The position numbers and the translations under genes are program-made. A DNA stretch of 64,000 nucleotides from Geosiphon pyriformis uo1 (Eukaryota; Fungi; Glomeromycota): the NCBI GenBank assembly GCA_016748015.1, contig JAAOMT010000665.1, forward strand, positions 245,139-309,138, given 5' to 3'. The notes below the pieces were generated by a model. That model had not been told where the DNA came from, made no database searches, and was given only the letters and a program-made list of their open reading frames with translations. Below, one piece after another: positions 13,550 to 27,896 of this stretch; the stretch's first letter is position 1; each line of letters opens with the position of its first letter.

Positions 13550-14820
13550 ATGTCATTAACCACTATCAAAAATGTCAAAATCAACCATATACGTTATTGG
13601 GCACCAACAAAATTTTTCATCCAAGATTTATTAAAGAATGGAAAAGATTCCACTGAAGACTTGAATCGCCCGTTAATTCAAAATTATGCCTTGATTATAT
13701 TGAATCAACCGATCTCAAATTCACAACGAGACAAGATTCTTGATGCAGTGTGGAGTAATGGTAATACTTTGTATTAATCATGAGCTTCATATTTTTATTG
13801 TTGGATCATTTTGCTATGCTTGATTTGAAAAATAAAGCGAGTTTAAGGATCTGTGCCGATGGTGGTGCCAATCGATTGTATGAGTGTGTTCAAGGCAGCG
13901 AAAAAGAGCATAGGCATATCATCTAAATCACTTTCTCATTGATTTTTATTTTTTTAATCTATTGCTAATTCTCATTTTCAAATTTGGTAGGTATATCCCG
14001 GAATACATATGCGGTGATCTTGATTCTTTACATACTGAAGTTGCAAATTATTATATGTCAAAGGTGTGGTCTCAATTTTTCATGCCTGACTTTACATCAT
14101 ATTACATGCTGTTTACGTTTAACACATGGGACAATTCGCAAGGGTGCTGAAATAGAAGGAAAATCTGAAGATCAAGATTCGACTGATTTCGAAAAATGCA
14201 TCGCCTTGATTGACCATATAGAACATAAAAACCGACAAAAAGAACAATTACTGACTCCTGTTTTAAAAGTGAGATAAAATTTTTATAGTTTAAATTCACT
14301 TCGAATTATACGGGAATTTTTAGTAAAGATGACTTGAAAAAACAATTCTAGTACGATGTGGTAGCCTTGGGCGCACTTGGTGGGCGTTTGGATCAAACCA
14401 TATCTAGCATTCATATTTTGCACAAAATGAAAGATGAAAGGGATATCTATCTTGTGTCGCAAGATGATGTGGCAATCCTGCTTGATAAAGGAAAACATCA
14501 AATCCAATGTGATCCAAGATTTGAAGGGCCTACTTGCGGGATCTTGCCAATTGGGGTGTCGAATGCAATTTTGACCACAAATGGATTGAAATGGAATTTG
14601 AGTATGTATCTTCCCTTATTTTAATCATATCTCATCTTGATATCCATTCCATCATCCCGTTGCCAAAGATATTGACAATTCAGTCTATTTTTTCTTCACA
14701 ACAGCCAAAACCCCCACTTCAATCGGCACAATGATTAGCACATCAAATCAATTGGAGAAGAATATCGTAACCATAGAAACAGATTCCCCAGTGATATGGA
14801 GTATCGAGTTGAAATATTAA
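13550..14820 (+). CDS. THI80: Thiamine pyrophosphokinase, multi-exon
   Basis: Motifs ALIILNQPI, ICADGGANRLY, ICGDLDSL, DQDSTDFEKC, GALGGRLDQT, TNGLKWNL and ISTSNQ across GT/GC-AG spliced exons. Stop at 14818-14820. Confidence 0.95.
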
Positions 14821-14928
14821 TCTAAATTTTAACTACAGGATCAAAAATAGTAATAAAAATACCTTTCAAACCGAGGATACTTTAAAAGGAATTCTTGTAA
14901 AAAATACGACTATAGACGAATAGTGGGA

Positions 14929-17622
14929 TCAATATTTGTTTGTTAAAATGGTTCCAACCCTTTGTTTTCGTCGCTCACGAAAATGTTCCCGTAGGCGTTC
15001 AATTTCCTTTCGCTGGATATGTGATACAGCTTTGCGTCGTCGAAAACATACCTAAATTGACCCAAGTCAGATATTGGAAAGAAAATTATGTCACAGAATC
15101 ATGAATTAACTTACCTCCATTAATTTGTGACAGTCAATTAACCTTTTAGGCATATTCTAAAAGAGAAAAGGATATAAGTTCTTCTGATGTTTCCGAGAAA
15201 TTGATAGAAAAAAGTTCATGTAACTGTATTCGCACCTGAACGATTTGAAAAACCTCCATTGGGTCATCCGTAACCGCCAATATTTTATCTTCATTGATTT
15301 TAAATATAGCTAAAGCTACGCGAAATAGCACTTTGTGCCCTTCACTAAAATTAAAATAAATAAGTGATTCAACACAAGTTTATTTATAGAGCCATTCGAA
15401 TCTCACTTCAAAATTAGATCATTGACTCACTAGAAAAAGCAATCCCAAACCCTAAGCATAGTTTCAGTCGGCAAGATATTTATATACAATGTCAAGAACC
15501 AGTGACTCGTTACAAGAGTGATGGTTGGCATATTAAGGTCCAATTTATCAACGTCCCATCCAAATCCAGCGCTCAACTTGTTCCATAAATGAGGCATCTT
15601 GTCAATAACTAATCGCATTAATACTGCTTGATCAACATTAGACCCTTCCATAGTTACATCATACATGTTCTCTGGTAGATATTCGTGAATAATGGCTACT
15701 ATTGTCCAAAATGCTTGCTCCTCTTCCATGAAAAGTAAGAGTAATCCAGCAATGTAATTAAGTGATTGACAATAGCCAATATTTGGAGAATAAAGGGAAA
15801 ATGCAACCAACACACGCCGTAAAGACTGAATGATGGGAACATTATCGGTCATTAGCGTAGATCCGCCATCTTCGGAAACAACGGTTGATTTGAATTTTAT
15901 GTTTTCCGGAAACGTACGATGGAGATCTATGTTGGTTGATGAGTTAAAGATAAGTCAAATTTGTTCATAGGAAATTTCCCAATGCTTTTCCTATTAAAGA
16001 TCAAAAATTCATGTTTCAAATCATTATTTTCGCTATTATTTGACGTATGTGGTTATCATCAAATGGTTTGAAATCTTAATGGTCACCAAATCAATTGGAC
16101 TACTTAAAATGGAACGAATAATATTGATCTTTTTTACAATTTCTTGACATAATATAATTATTAGCGACTAACCTCGCTCAATAACTTCAACATATTCATT
16201 CACTATCCGAGGATCTTCGGATTTTTGTAGCAGCTTTTCGTAGAGATCGGGCTGATCTTTCATCTTGTTTGCTGCACCGCTATAATGGAACCATACCTAA
16301 AGGTGAATGATTATAAAATAGATCAGAATGTTTTACCATATGAATATGAAGAAAATCGAATACTTACACATCCGCGCAGGAATGGAGGAATGCCTTTGCG
16401 AATATAACGCTTTACTAAAGAATGAGTCACAGAATAGAAAATTTGTCGCTAATAAGTTAATGCCAAAACTTTACAAGCAAAATATGAACTTTTTTCTGGT
16501 TCTGAAAAATGAATAGGGTACATTTTTAGAAAACTCTGTTTAAAATTAAGCTTTGAAGTTCTTGGGATTTTCTTACTTAATAAAAAAGAAATTATTGTCT
16601 CGTTCAAATGTTCTGTTTTGCAAAACTTACCTTTTGAGCTTTTGGTTGGCAAATTTCCCCCATTTTCAGCCAATAAAGAATCCCATTTGATTTTGCGTCT
16701 TTGTTGAATATGTGTATAGGTAGATTCAAAATCGGCATGTTCTTTTCTAGTAACCCACTGATAAGACTTTTTGAAACCGTATTGGTCTCTATATATATCC
16801 GGATGAATATGTTTAATATTTAAGATTGACATAAGGCAAGTGCGACAATCCTATTAATTAGGAAAACAATAGATGACTAATTGACATGAGACGAAGGATC
16901 AAAGCAATGTAATATGGTTTTTTTCACCTATCAGAATCAAGTTGTGTTTTTCCATTGAGGCGACTATTTCTGAGAGTTGATGAACTTTGAGCAAATTTAT
17001 CTTTGTTTCTTATAGAATCCAGATCATCATCATAACTACTGGTCGAGGAAGGTCTATTGAAATCTCGACAATTGTCCTCGCCTATATTATTTTCCTCACC
17101 AATACTACTTCCCGAAAGTGATGATGAAAGTTGATTCTCCTGTCCACGAGGAATTGTCAAGCTATTCATTCGAGGTTCATGGATATCTATTGATTCAATA
17201 CGATTTCGTCTACTATGAACATTATTTCCACCGCTATCGATGGAACTTGTTCCTAAATTATCTCTTTTGTCTTCTCTGTTATTATAAAAATGATATTTTG
17301 GACTAGAAGGGCTAGCTTGAGATATTGAATCTCTAATATTAAATGGAGATAAAGGGCTTGTTATACGAGGTAAGTCGTTCGATGAGAAGTAAGGGGTTGA
17401 AGGTGATGGGAAATCATAGGAGGGTTGCCTTCTCAAACTACTAACGCTCTCGCGATTTAAATTTATATTCAAAGAAGGGCGCCTTTTATGACTAGCACTA
17501 ACGCCAATGAGTCTAGTTGGAGGTGCGTTTACAGGACTTCCGGGACGTGAAGAGCTTGATGCATAATCGTCAAAAAGCGACGAATAATAAGAGTCTCGTG
17601 AATTGCGGCTATCGGCAATCAT
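14929..17622 (-). CDS. TBC-domain Rab GTPase-activating protein (Msb3/Msb4/GRTP1-like) with a disordered Ser-rich N-terminus
   Basis: RDQYGF, KRYIRKGIPPFLRG, VIERDLHRTFPEN (Arg finger), GYCQSLNY (Gln finger), LRVWDCFF, LFRVALAIF. Stop at 14929-14931. The 5' UTR is probably spliced. Confidence 0.92.
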
Positions 17623-18339
17623 TCACCTGCAAATGAGTTTGATTGATGACTAAAGTAGTCCTCAGTGGAATGGAAATTCTGAAGATTCGGTTGAAATTGA
17701 AAGGAATCAACTGACTTTGAATTCAACAAATCCCTGATGTTTGTATAAAAAATAGCAGTAAAGTGAAGAGTAAACATTTAAAACTATAGTTTGAATCGTT
17801 GATTTGACAATTTACAAGATTCTTACCAACAAAAGCCAAAAAATTAAAGGAATTAAAGTAAAGCTGGAAACGGGCTGTATTTAAATAGTATCAATTGTAG
17901 ATTATATTAGCAGATGTTCCTTGAAACAAACTGAGATCAAACGAATTAATAATCAAAGGTTTGAAAATGCTCCAAGTTCCGGGAAAGCATTTCAACCGAG
18001 CAGAAAACATACTATGCCTTTTGCTAGCAAATTATTTTCTAAGCGTAAAAGATAAAGTGAAAGAAGAGAACGCAACCAAAACTTGAAGTTGATCTATAAA
18101 GAAAGTCTGACGTTCAAGTATAAAAAAAGGGAAAGTGTAAGCGAAACCCGATGTGTAAATGTTGGTGTTTATAGCCTCTGTAGTGTTTTGGGAGATGCAG
18201 CTTGCATGTCTTATTAGTTTTGAGAAATTTGTTCTAATTTAGAAACAAAAACAAAAATAAAGATGCAAAGGTAGATGAGGAAAAGTTGGAAATGGACAAA
18301 TTTCAATACTTGTGACATCATGAATGATTTCAAGTATTA

Positions 18340-19900
18340 AGCTGAAATCTGAATTTATTTTCTTTGTTTATTATTTTGATTATTAATTTATATTACTTAA
18401 ATTAATATTTCCAAAATATTATGATGAATAAAATTATTAACATAAAATTTTGATTAATTAAAAATACTTTAAATATTTAAAATATACTTATTTAAGAAAT
18501 ATTATAAAAAATAAAACAATATTTAATTATGATAATTAATTTTGATATTTTTGATTTTTTAATCTAAAGTATTTCAAAATTTAAGTATGTTTTTTTATTA
18601 ATTTTTTTAAAATAAAAATTATCAATTAATTAATTTTTTTAACGTATAGTTCAATCATTATTTAATAGGACCATATTAATTAATTAATTAATTAATTAAT
18701 GTTAAATTTTGTTAATATTAATTAAATTTTTAATAAATAAAAAATAATAATAATAATAATAATAAAAATATTATTATTATTATTATTATATAAATTACAT
18801 AAAATTTAAATTATTTATAAGTTTGTATTTGTTTTAATTTATTATTATTGTATTTTTATATTTAAATTATTTGATTAATATATATTTAATAAATTAAAAT
18901 ACTTTGTTTTTTATAATTTTTAATATACATTAATTTAAAAATATATTATAAATTTTTTTTTAAAAAATATTATAAAACATATATAAAATTTGTAATATTT
19001 ATTAAATAAACAATTAATAAAAAAATTAATACTTGTTATTAAATTTTAAAAATATTAATTTAAATATAAAATTATAATAATTGTATTATTTTTAATTCTT
19101 AAATTTTTTTTAAGAAAATTAGTAATTGTAATTTTAAAATGAATTATATTAAATAAATTGTTAATATGTATTAATTTTTTAACTGTTAAATTATTTTTTA
19201 TTTAATTTTTTTAGCATATTGCTTCAATTTTCAATTTTATTAATTTAAAAAAATAAAATTACTTAAATTAATTTAAAAACTTTAAAATTTTTAGATATTA
19301 AATATATTTTAATATTAAATAAATATAATATTTATTATAAAAATTAATAACTATTTAAAATAATTAATAATATTAAATATTTTTATATTAAATTTTTAAA
19401 AAATTTTGTTTTTAAAATTAACAAACGACTAAATAAACCTTGAATTAAATAAACTAAAAACTTTGTTGTTATTATAAAAATAATAAAAATAATGTATTTT
19501 GGGCTTGAATTTTAATTCTTACAAATTTTTTTGTTTTTATTTTTCATAAATCTTAAAATTCTATAAAATATCAAAAAATATTATTAAAAAATTGTAAATA
19601 TAAATAAAAATACTTGAAAGTTGTTGTAAATATTTTTAAATCTAACAATAATTTAATAATTTAATAATTCTTATCTGATTTTTTAAAATGTATTCATTTT
19701 TAATCAATATTAAAAATAATAACTTGTATTTAATTATTGTCATCTATAAAATTAAATTGTTATTCCAAGTATTAAAGACATAAACTTTAAGAATCATTTA
19801 TTATTTGTAATACTGATAATTAGACAGATAACTAATATATTGTATTTACTATTAATATGCAGTACTGCGAATAAATCAGACTAATTATTGAGTAATAATA
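18340..19900. repeat. Extremely AT-rich low-complexity block, probably a terminally decayed repeat
   Basis: Almost no G/C, no ORFs, sharp compositional borders. Confidence 0.7.
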
Positions 19901-22007
19901 AAGTTAAAATTATTTGCTTTATAAACAATTTTTCAGAGATTATCACATTATTTTTTGGTGAACTAGTCAAAAAAAAACAGTGTATAGTGATAGTTTGTAT
20001 TGCTTAATATCAATTTATTCATCATTCAAATCAAACAGCTATATAAAACCAAATTTTCAATAATTGATCGGACTGCATTGTGACATTGAATGATAAAGTC
20101 AAAAAATAATAAAAATTGAAATATATGAGGAAATTTTAATACTTTTGCTTTGACTGACACTTTATAAATATAATTACGGATTACTGCCAAAATTTCTTTG
20201 TCATTGAGAAGTTTGCAACTTTACATATTCCCATTTTTTCTACATTGATCGCTGGTGGCAGACTTGCTTTTTTTACAACCGATTTTTTAATTGATTATCA
20301 ATTAAAAATACAATTGGTGGAGTAGAAAAAAATAATACTCTTATTTAAAAGGTGTGGAAATTGTGGTGCTAAAGGAATTAGAAGCAGTGTACGAATCCGG
20401 GGGCATCCTTGATGCAGGCGATCATGATAAGCAAAAATTTCAATTCTTTTGAATTTTAAACAAATGTCTACCTCTTTCGCAAGAGGCCATGCTTTGAGAA
20501 TAAATTCTCAGACACAACGTTTTTTCTTCTCTTATTAAAATATATATACATCAAAAAAAAGAGAAAGTAAAGCTTTACTTTTAACACAACCTTATCTAAA
20601 AAACCACCAAAGAAATCACGAAGTACTCGCTATAATAAAAAAACAAAGACAAAAGCGGGAAAAGAAGCAAATAAATATATCTCGAATTCTTTAGAGAGTT
20701 TGCTATTGATGACTGGATTTACCAAAATGTGGTAGCGGGCATACTTTGAAACAAGTGACGTGACCGATCAGAAGCAAATTTTGGATAAAGATCAGAAAAG
20801 ATCTCAAAATGATAGCGGAAGGTTTTGAAAGCTGGCTGATTTAGAGAATTAGAGTAAATTGGTAAATAGGGATACATGAACTTTTAATCGAAAGCGCATC
20901 GTGGCCATAGTTACAAACAACTCAAGATATGTTTTTCTTTTAGGCCTGCGCTAGGCGATGGGGGTGTGGATATAATCGGGAATGTAAAAAAGATCCCGTT
21001 TATAGTCCAATCCAAGAATCATAACCGAGCAATTGGTAAATGTTTAAATTTAGACACATTGTTTAAATCATTAATATCAATTAATCATTAATCAATTTCA
21101 GGTCCCTCGGTTGTTCGTGATTTGGAAGGGGTACTATCTAGGTATCGTAGTAGTCCCTTCCGAAAATAGTGTTACTATCAATGCAAAAAGAAGAGGCAAA
21201 ACGTCTGAATACATTATAACGGTTAAAGATGATTTTTGTTTGGATCTCGTTGAATTTGGTTTGAATCAACAAAGTGAAAGGTCTAACTATTTTATCATGA
21301 ACGGAATATCAATACTACGGATGCGACCCCCAAGAATGGGAAGAATTCTTCCAGACGGAAAAATTTTATGATTTTTATTATATCTTTTTTCCAACTATTA
21401 TAATTTCATTATTATTATGTCATTTTTTTAAATAATATAGTTATAAATGGATTACAATAGATATTCATTTGGTTTATTGTACAAACGGGGTCACAAATTC
21501 CTCAAAATCGTAAAGATTACTAAAAAGATTTTGTTGAAATCAATGTTATACGGTTGTGTCCGCTGCAAAAATTGGGCGCACCATTGGACATATCAATGAT
21601 GTTCGCAATATTCTCTTTCGTTACCTTACTAAAAACGTGTCGATTTAGGCTGCGTAGAAGCCTGCTCTCTTACAGGACTTGTATACTACCTAATTTAGAC
21701 TTTACTTGATAATGTGGAGTTTTATTAATAATGATAGGTTCTAATGTAAAAAAGAATGTTTATATGCAAGTAAAATTTTCGACTCCATTGGCAATAAATT
21801 AGACTTTTCGGAATCAAATGTTTGCAAACATCATTGACCATCAAGCGTAATTGTCAGTGAACAATGCAAAACCTAAAATTATAAAAACAGCTCAATATTT
21901 GGAACAGTATCGCGAAAAAATATATTACAAGCATAAGTGCAAAAAAAGGCTTATATGACCCGACAACTAAGAAACAAATACAAAATAAAAATTAATTAAG
22001 CCCCGGC

Positions 22008-25000
22008 TCATCGTCGATTTCGTCGATAATCCTGTAGAACCCATTGAGCTTAATCAGTAATGCAGATGAATAAAATAAAACCAATTATTTCATTAATGTA
22101 GGAATCTAGATGATTACCTCCATACCAAACCGTTGCAAAGGACTGCTAGAAGCTAAAGGAGGGTCATTTCCAGCAGCAGGTCCAGTTGGGACTGGAGAAG
22201 ATCCAGAGCCCATCTCAGCCATATCATTGCGTACCGTAGGGGTAGTAATGTTGGACAATTCATCACGACGTGTATTATAAGAAATAGTAGAGCGAAGTCC
22301 TGTTCCACTATTCATTAAACTGTACCTATCTTGGTGTACACCATTAGATGGTCGTCTAGGATCGATGGAATAACGAGCTAATTCCGATCCTCCACTTCCA
22401 TTACTACCACTACCGCTATAATCTCGTTCTCTATAATGATAATCTGGCCTTTTGTTCCAATCTTTCCTACTGTCGTCACGATCTCTCCAATCTCTTTCCC
22501 GCACTCTATCAATACCAAAATATCCATGATTCCAGCTTCTTTCGCGGTCAAATCGATCTCCGCCTAGCCTTGGATATTCTCTTGATTTTGAATCAATTGA
22601 GTTAGCCAAACCAGGACTACTTCGATTATTATTGTCCAGAGGGCCTTGATCACGATCATTTTGAGAATTAGAAATATGACCATCCGGATTCGCAGGATCG
22701 TATGGTGAAGACGCTGAGGACGAGAGTAAAGAGGGAGCGCCTTGTCTTGGAGTTGAAGGCAAGGAATTCATGGGTGAACCAGTAGAAGAGCCTAAATAAC
22801 CGGAATTATGATATCTTCCTCGATCTCCTGGGGAAATTGGAGGACCTCTGAAAGAACCACTTTGCGATATCATGCGTCCGCCGCGAAAAGGGCCACTATT
22901 TCCATTAAATCCTCCGTAGCGTTGACCACGAAGCGGGGAGGTGTACCCTGAACGTGGGCTGGTTGGCAAAGAAGAATCATGTAAGGGTTGTGGATTCGTA
23001 GGTAATATATTGAAATCACTCAATTGTTTGTTGGATGAAGATTCTTTGTAGGGAGGTGAGTTTCTACCTCGCTCATCATACGAAGCAAAATCCTACGAAA
23101 TAAAATGGAAAATTATTCTTTGAAGAAAGAAAAGATTTAAAAAAAATCTACACACCATCGTAAACATTTTGTTCGAATCGGATGTTGTGGAAAACTCAAT
23201 AGGCAGATCTTCAGGAAAATAATCATCAGTGGGGGATGAGGAATGTCTTGTGATTTCAGTGGACGATTTTGATGGCGTAAGAGGTTTTAGAGGAGATGAA
23301 GTCAAACTGGTGCTTGGTTCTTCAAAAGTATTTTGTGCTTTCTCTGTTTCCATTGAATCATTCACCTTTGTTGATGTAATGCCGTTAGAATTATTTTCTT
23401 GAGCCGAGGAGTCAGTATTACCACCATTTTGAAGTGATTCTTTCTTCTTCCTTTCCTGATACTCTTTATACTCTTTCACAGTGTATTTCTTAACCTTTAT
23501 TGGTGTAGTGGGAACAGATGAACTTTCAGAAGCTGCAATATCAGGATTAGCAGATATTCCCTCCTTTGGGTTGTCGTCTTTCATAGATGTTTTTTCAGTG
23601 TTATCAATTGAAATATCGACGGCTTGCTTTTCTATGTAATTTTGTTCAGTTTGTTGGAGAGCTGTAGACTGTTGCTGCTGTTTTAGTTCATTCATGAAAG
23701 ATAATTCCATAGATGAAGATTGTTCATTTCTAGTGATTCGACTATTATTTGAGGCGAGCTTAGGATTTGAGCTAGGAAAATATGTCCGATTTTCTAAAAG
23801 GACAGAGGATGGAGATGTTAATGGGGAAATTTGTGGTTCGTCTCTTAGTGGAGGAGTTGAGGGCCGAGAAGTTTTACTGAAATCAGGTGACGAGTTGGCG
23901 CTGGTTTTGATATGATTATCCTGAAAATCTTTGGAAGAAACATTCCGGGAAGCTATGAATAGTGAGGATGAAGAACTTGAAGTTTGTCTTATCCAAGTAT
24001 CACGAGAAGAGTCTTTAATAGTAGGGGAAAAAATGTTATTCTCTTGGAAATGACTGTAGAGGTTGGATGAAGAATCTGAATGATTGTGTGTATCTTCAAT
24101 TTGAAAGTCATTCCTTCCTTTTCCTTCCAATTCCATTCTATCATTCCATGTTGAGTCAAGTTTTTGACGTTTGCTTTGTGACTCGGATTCCACATGAAGG
24201 GCGAAGTTTACATCCCTGTCTTTTTTAAGCTGGGAATATTCTTCTTCAACAGCCAATCGTTTTGCTGGAATTATTGGTGCAGCTCGAGGCACAACGAATT
24301 TTCCACCATTATTTTGTTCTGAATTCGTAGTGGGCAAATCTTCTTTTCCATTTGTGTTGATCTCATGATCATTTGAACTCTTAAGAACTTCTAAAGGTGA
24401 TTCTGAATCTTTTATTTCTTCTATGTGATGTGTTGGACTCTCAACAAAATCTGAAGTAGCATTAGAGACAGGAACTTCACCGATAGTTATTTTAGAAAGG
24501 TATTGCTGAGCCCAAAACTTTTTAATCGGCAAATGGCAATCAAACATGAGTGGTTTTGAAGGAATAACACTGGTGTTCGACTGATCAGTTAACACATCAA
24601 CATGGATACCTGATGATGCTTCGTTAGTGTTTTCAATTAATTCTTCCGACGAAGATCTTTTAGACGAATTATAAACTGAAGGTGATGAGCCCTGGTTAGC
24701 CATTCGGATTTTAGATTTCCCGTTGGATTTATTATCTGTCCCTTTCTCAAGTTTTCTGCTATCTTCTAGATCTGATGATCCCAAATTTGATATTGATGAC
24801 AAAGATGATTCTGAAGAGGAGGAGTATACGCCATACTCTTCGTCATTATTGTTTGTTGGCTTTTGAGATTCTCTTAGATTATTTTGCTTCCTTCTATGAT
24901 TAATGGGAGACATGGGTGAAGAATTTCTTTGATCCGAATCTATTGATTTTTCGGGCCTTCTTGAATAAGGAGTTGATAGAGTATTCTTGCCAGATTTCAG

Positions 25001-27097
25001 TTTCCCCTTGTTGCTGGATGTTGAATCAGCACGTGTTCTCCTACCATCATCGGAAACTTTCTTCTTGGTGTCGGATTGGTCGGTACGATCTATTCTAGAG
25101 AAAGAATGTTTTATTTTGGGATCATTTTTAACCAAAGATTCATCTTGATCATGTGGAAAAGATTCAGGTGTATTGGATTTTTCTCTAGTTTTTTCAATAA
25201 CTTTAATTTTCTCCTTTTTTTTCTCCTTCCGTCTAACAATAGGAGCTTCTTCTTCGTCCATGGAGACGGAAACAGATCTCTTGGTGCTTTTTTCCTCCTG
25301 ATTTTGCTCCTCCGCCTCCGCCTCCTCCTCCTCCTCCTCCTCATCATCATCATCATCAAGAATTTTCCTGGTGCGACGAGGTCGCTGATTTAATAGTCCA
25401 TTGTCACGTCTTTTTTTTTGGTCATTAAAAGAATTGCCAGCTCGATCTGTTTCGAGATTTTGATCGCTCTCTTCATCTTCGATTTGCCGTGGATTAATTT
25501 CTTCTGATCGCTTTCTAAGGTCTTTCTTGGAAACCTGAGGTAACCTTTCAGATTCCTCACTGAACTTTGAGATCTTTCCAGGTTTTTTTGTCCCTTTTAG
25601 TTTCCCTTCTCGTTGCATCCTGTTCAAGACACAATTTTCAGGATTATCACAAGCACAATCTGTAAGTTTTAATATGGCAGCTGCGATTGACCCCATATTT
25701 TTTCTACGAGGAGAAAGTTCAGCCTCATCTAAAGTATTGTCAGACTCTTCGTTTTCGATCAAGCTAATATCAAGATGGTTCGGTTCCCAGTCCCAGCCAA
25801 CTGTAATTTCTTTTCCTTTACCAATTTCAGATTTTGCAAATATTCCCAAGTGTATCTGTGGATCTTCCCCTCCAGGTACTACAATGCTTCGGGCTTCTGC
25901 ATTTGGATGACATGATCTTCGTATAAATCGGGCTTCGTTACCGACTAATCGAGCATCCACACAAAGGTCAACGGTGGGATGGAAGAGAACAAAAGGCTTT
26001 GTCACACCCAGAAGGCTGTACTGATTGGACGGGTTGTTTTGGTAAGTCGACTTTAAGCAAACTTCACCTTTAAATTCAAAAATAAAACGCCCAGAAGAAA
26101 TTTTTGTTTCGGAAAAAAGTCCGTAGCAAACTGTATGCCTTTTTGGATCAAATCCTTGTGAAGGCGTTATTTTTTTAACAAGGGTTTTCAGCAGAGGGCT
26201 TGCTAACGACTCTCTTTCCATCATGAATAAATTGATATTGTCCGATTTGGATTGTCCCCTAGAAATGCCATCCTTATTACTATCATTAGATGTTGGCCAT
26301 GAATCATTGCCCACTTTCTTCTTTTTGCTTGTCTCAAAATTGTCTTGTCCATTTCGAGTTATATGATCAGTTTTGCCAGGGCCTGAACTAGATGAAAATG
26401 AAAGGGACCTTTTCCTATGTTGAGCTTGACGTTGATATTGTGCTAATATTTTGCGAAAAAGCTCTTCAACATCTTTGGAAGCAATCCCATTTTTTTCGAT
26501 TTTTTTGTACTCTGGTTGAAAATTATAATCATTGACATTATATTCTTTATCACTGTCAAGGCTCTCATTCAAATGTTCATCAGCATCTTTATCTTTCTCA
26601 TACATATCCCGGTGTTGCTTTACTGTTTTACCATTTTTCTGTTTTTTCTGTATCGTTTTTTCGGAGCGTGAAGAACCTGAACCATGTTCTTTCCTATGCG
26701 ATGAAAATCCATGGGCCTTACGAGATTTTGTGGTTATTACTTGTTGTTTTTCTTGTGGTGAATGATCACTAGTGTCCTTCGTTTCTTGGTCTTGCCAGTC
26801 CGAATCAGCAAACTCTGGGTCTCGCCAGTCTGACTCACGCAAACTTCTTTGATATTCTTTAGCCCGCTTGATGTCCATCGGGCGTGGTTTGCACACCTCA
26901 CATAAATATATCTCTGGAACTGTGTCATCATCCCCAGTGACACAAGCCCAATGCTGCCATATCAAACATTCGTCACATTGAATAGTATAACCATCATCAT
27001 CCGAGTATTCACATATACACCTTATTACTCCGTTATCATCCTCGTCATTGGAATATTGGGCTTGTTCATTATAGAGGGCAAGTCTTTCTGTTGTCAT
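22008..27097 (-). CDS. SET3: PHD + SET domain protein (Set3/Set4/MLL5-like); exons 27097-23156, 23092-22118, 22031-22008
   Basis: PHD finger IRCICEYSDDDGYTIQCDECLIWQHWAC...YLCEVC. The SET domain has GNEARFIRRSCHPN (RRS replaces NHS, typical of the Set3 family). Two in-frame GT-AG introns. Confidence 0.9.
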
Positions 27098-27896
27098 TAC
27101 TTAAATAATCAGTGTGTGCACAGTATATATAACCAGGTTCAGCTTCCTGAAATGAAAAAATATTTTATACTTCTGACAAGAAGTAAAGTCTGTCCCATTG
27201 CAAAGTGACTAAAGCTACGCCACAATGTCAAATATTGTCCGCCTTTGTTAAAGAAGTTTAACGTACAGTTAAAAGTTCCTTAGAAGCCCAAACGCTTAAA
27301 TTCCGTAAATCTTGATATTTTAATAAATTGTATGAAAAATGGGTGCGAAAAGAGTCAAGTTAGTAACGGTCTTTGAATAAATTGAGGTATTTCTTGCCAC
27401 CCTTTGAGAGCTTTTTTGGTTGCTGACTCATCTTTTTATGAAAACATATTTCTTTTAACTCTTTCGCTTTCTCAACGTAAAGCCAAATTTGGGCAGGAAA
27501 TATTTATTCGCAAATATTCGACATTAACTCTTTTCACAAAAACAAGTAGACTTTTTTGCGCCTGTCAGTTTGCTGATGAGAAATAATTACGACTGTCAGA
27601 TCTTTCTCAACTAAAAAGCTTGATGCTATACTCAATCTTCAACCTTTTATACGAAGGTGTATGCAAAGAATATAGAATATCAACAGGGTAATTAGATCTA
27701 GACTCCACCTACATTTAAAGAAGCCAAAAGTGGGTTTCCAAGGAGAAAAAGAAGTGTTGGGTTTGTGAAAGGTTTTGACTATTATGCTGCAATGTGTGGG
27801 TTGACCTTTGTTCAATGTCTCGGTCACTGGTCACACAATACTGCGATTGTAGATTCATGCATCAAATGTTTATGAAAATTTCACCTAATATTTTCA

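Noticed and set aside
15160-15180. ATATCCTTT on the minus strand as a U12 (AT-AC) donor
   Set aside because: It lies in the pyrimidine tract just upstream of a normal AG acceptor in the TBC gene.
20000-21950. Possible gene including ORF 21111-21371
   Set aside because: No recognisable motifs or coherent exon structure; may be SET3 3' UTR or intergenic DNA.
23694-27208. Plus-strand ORFs overlapping SET3, and similar antisense ORFs over the LINE and Gypsy
   Set aside because: Shadow ORFs of the real coding strand.
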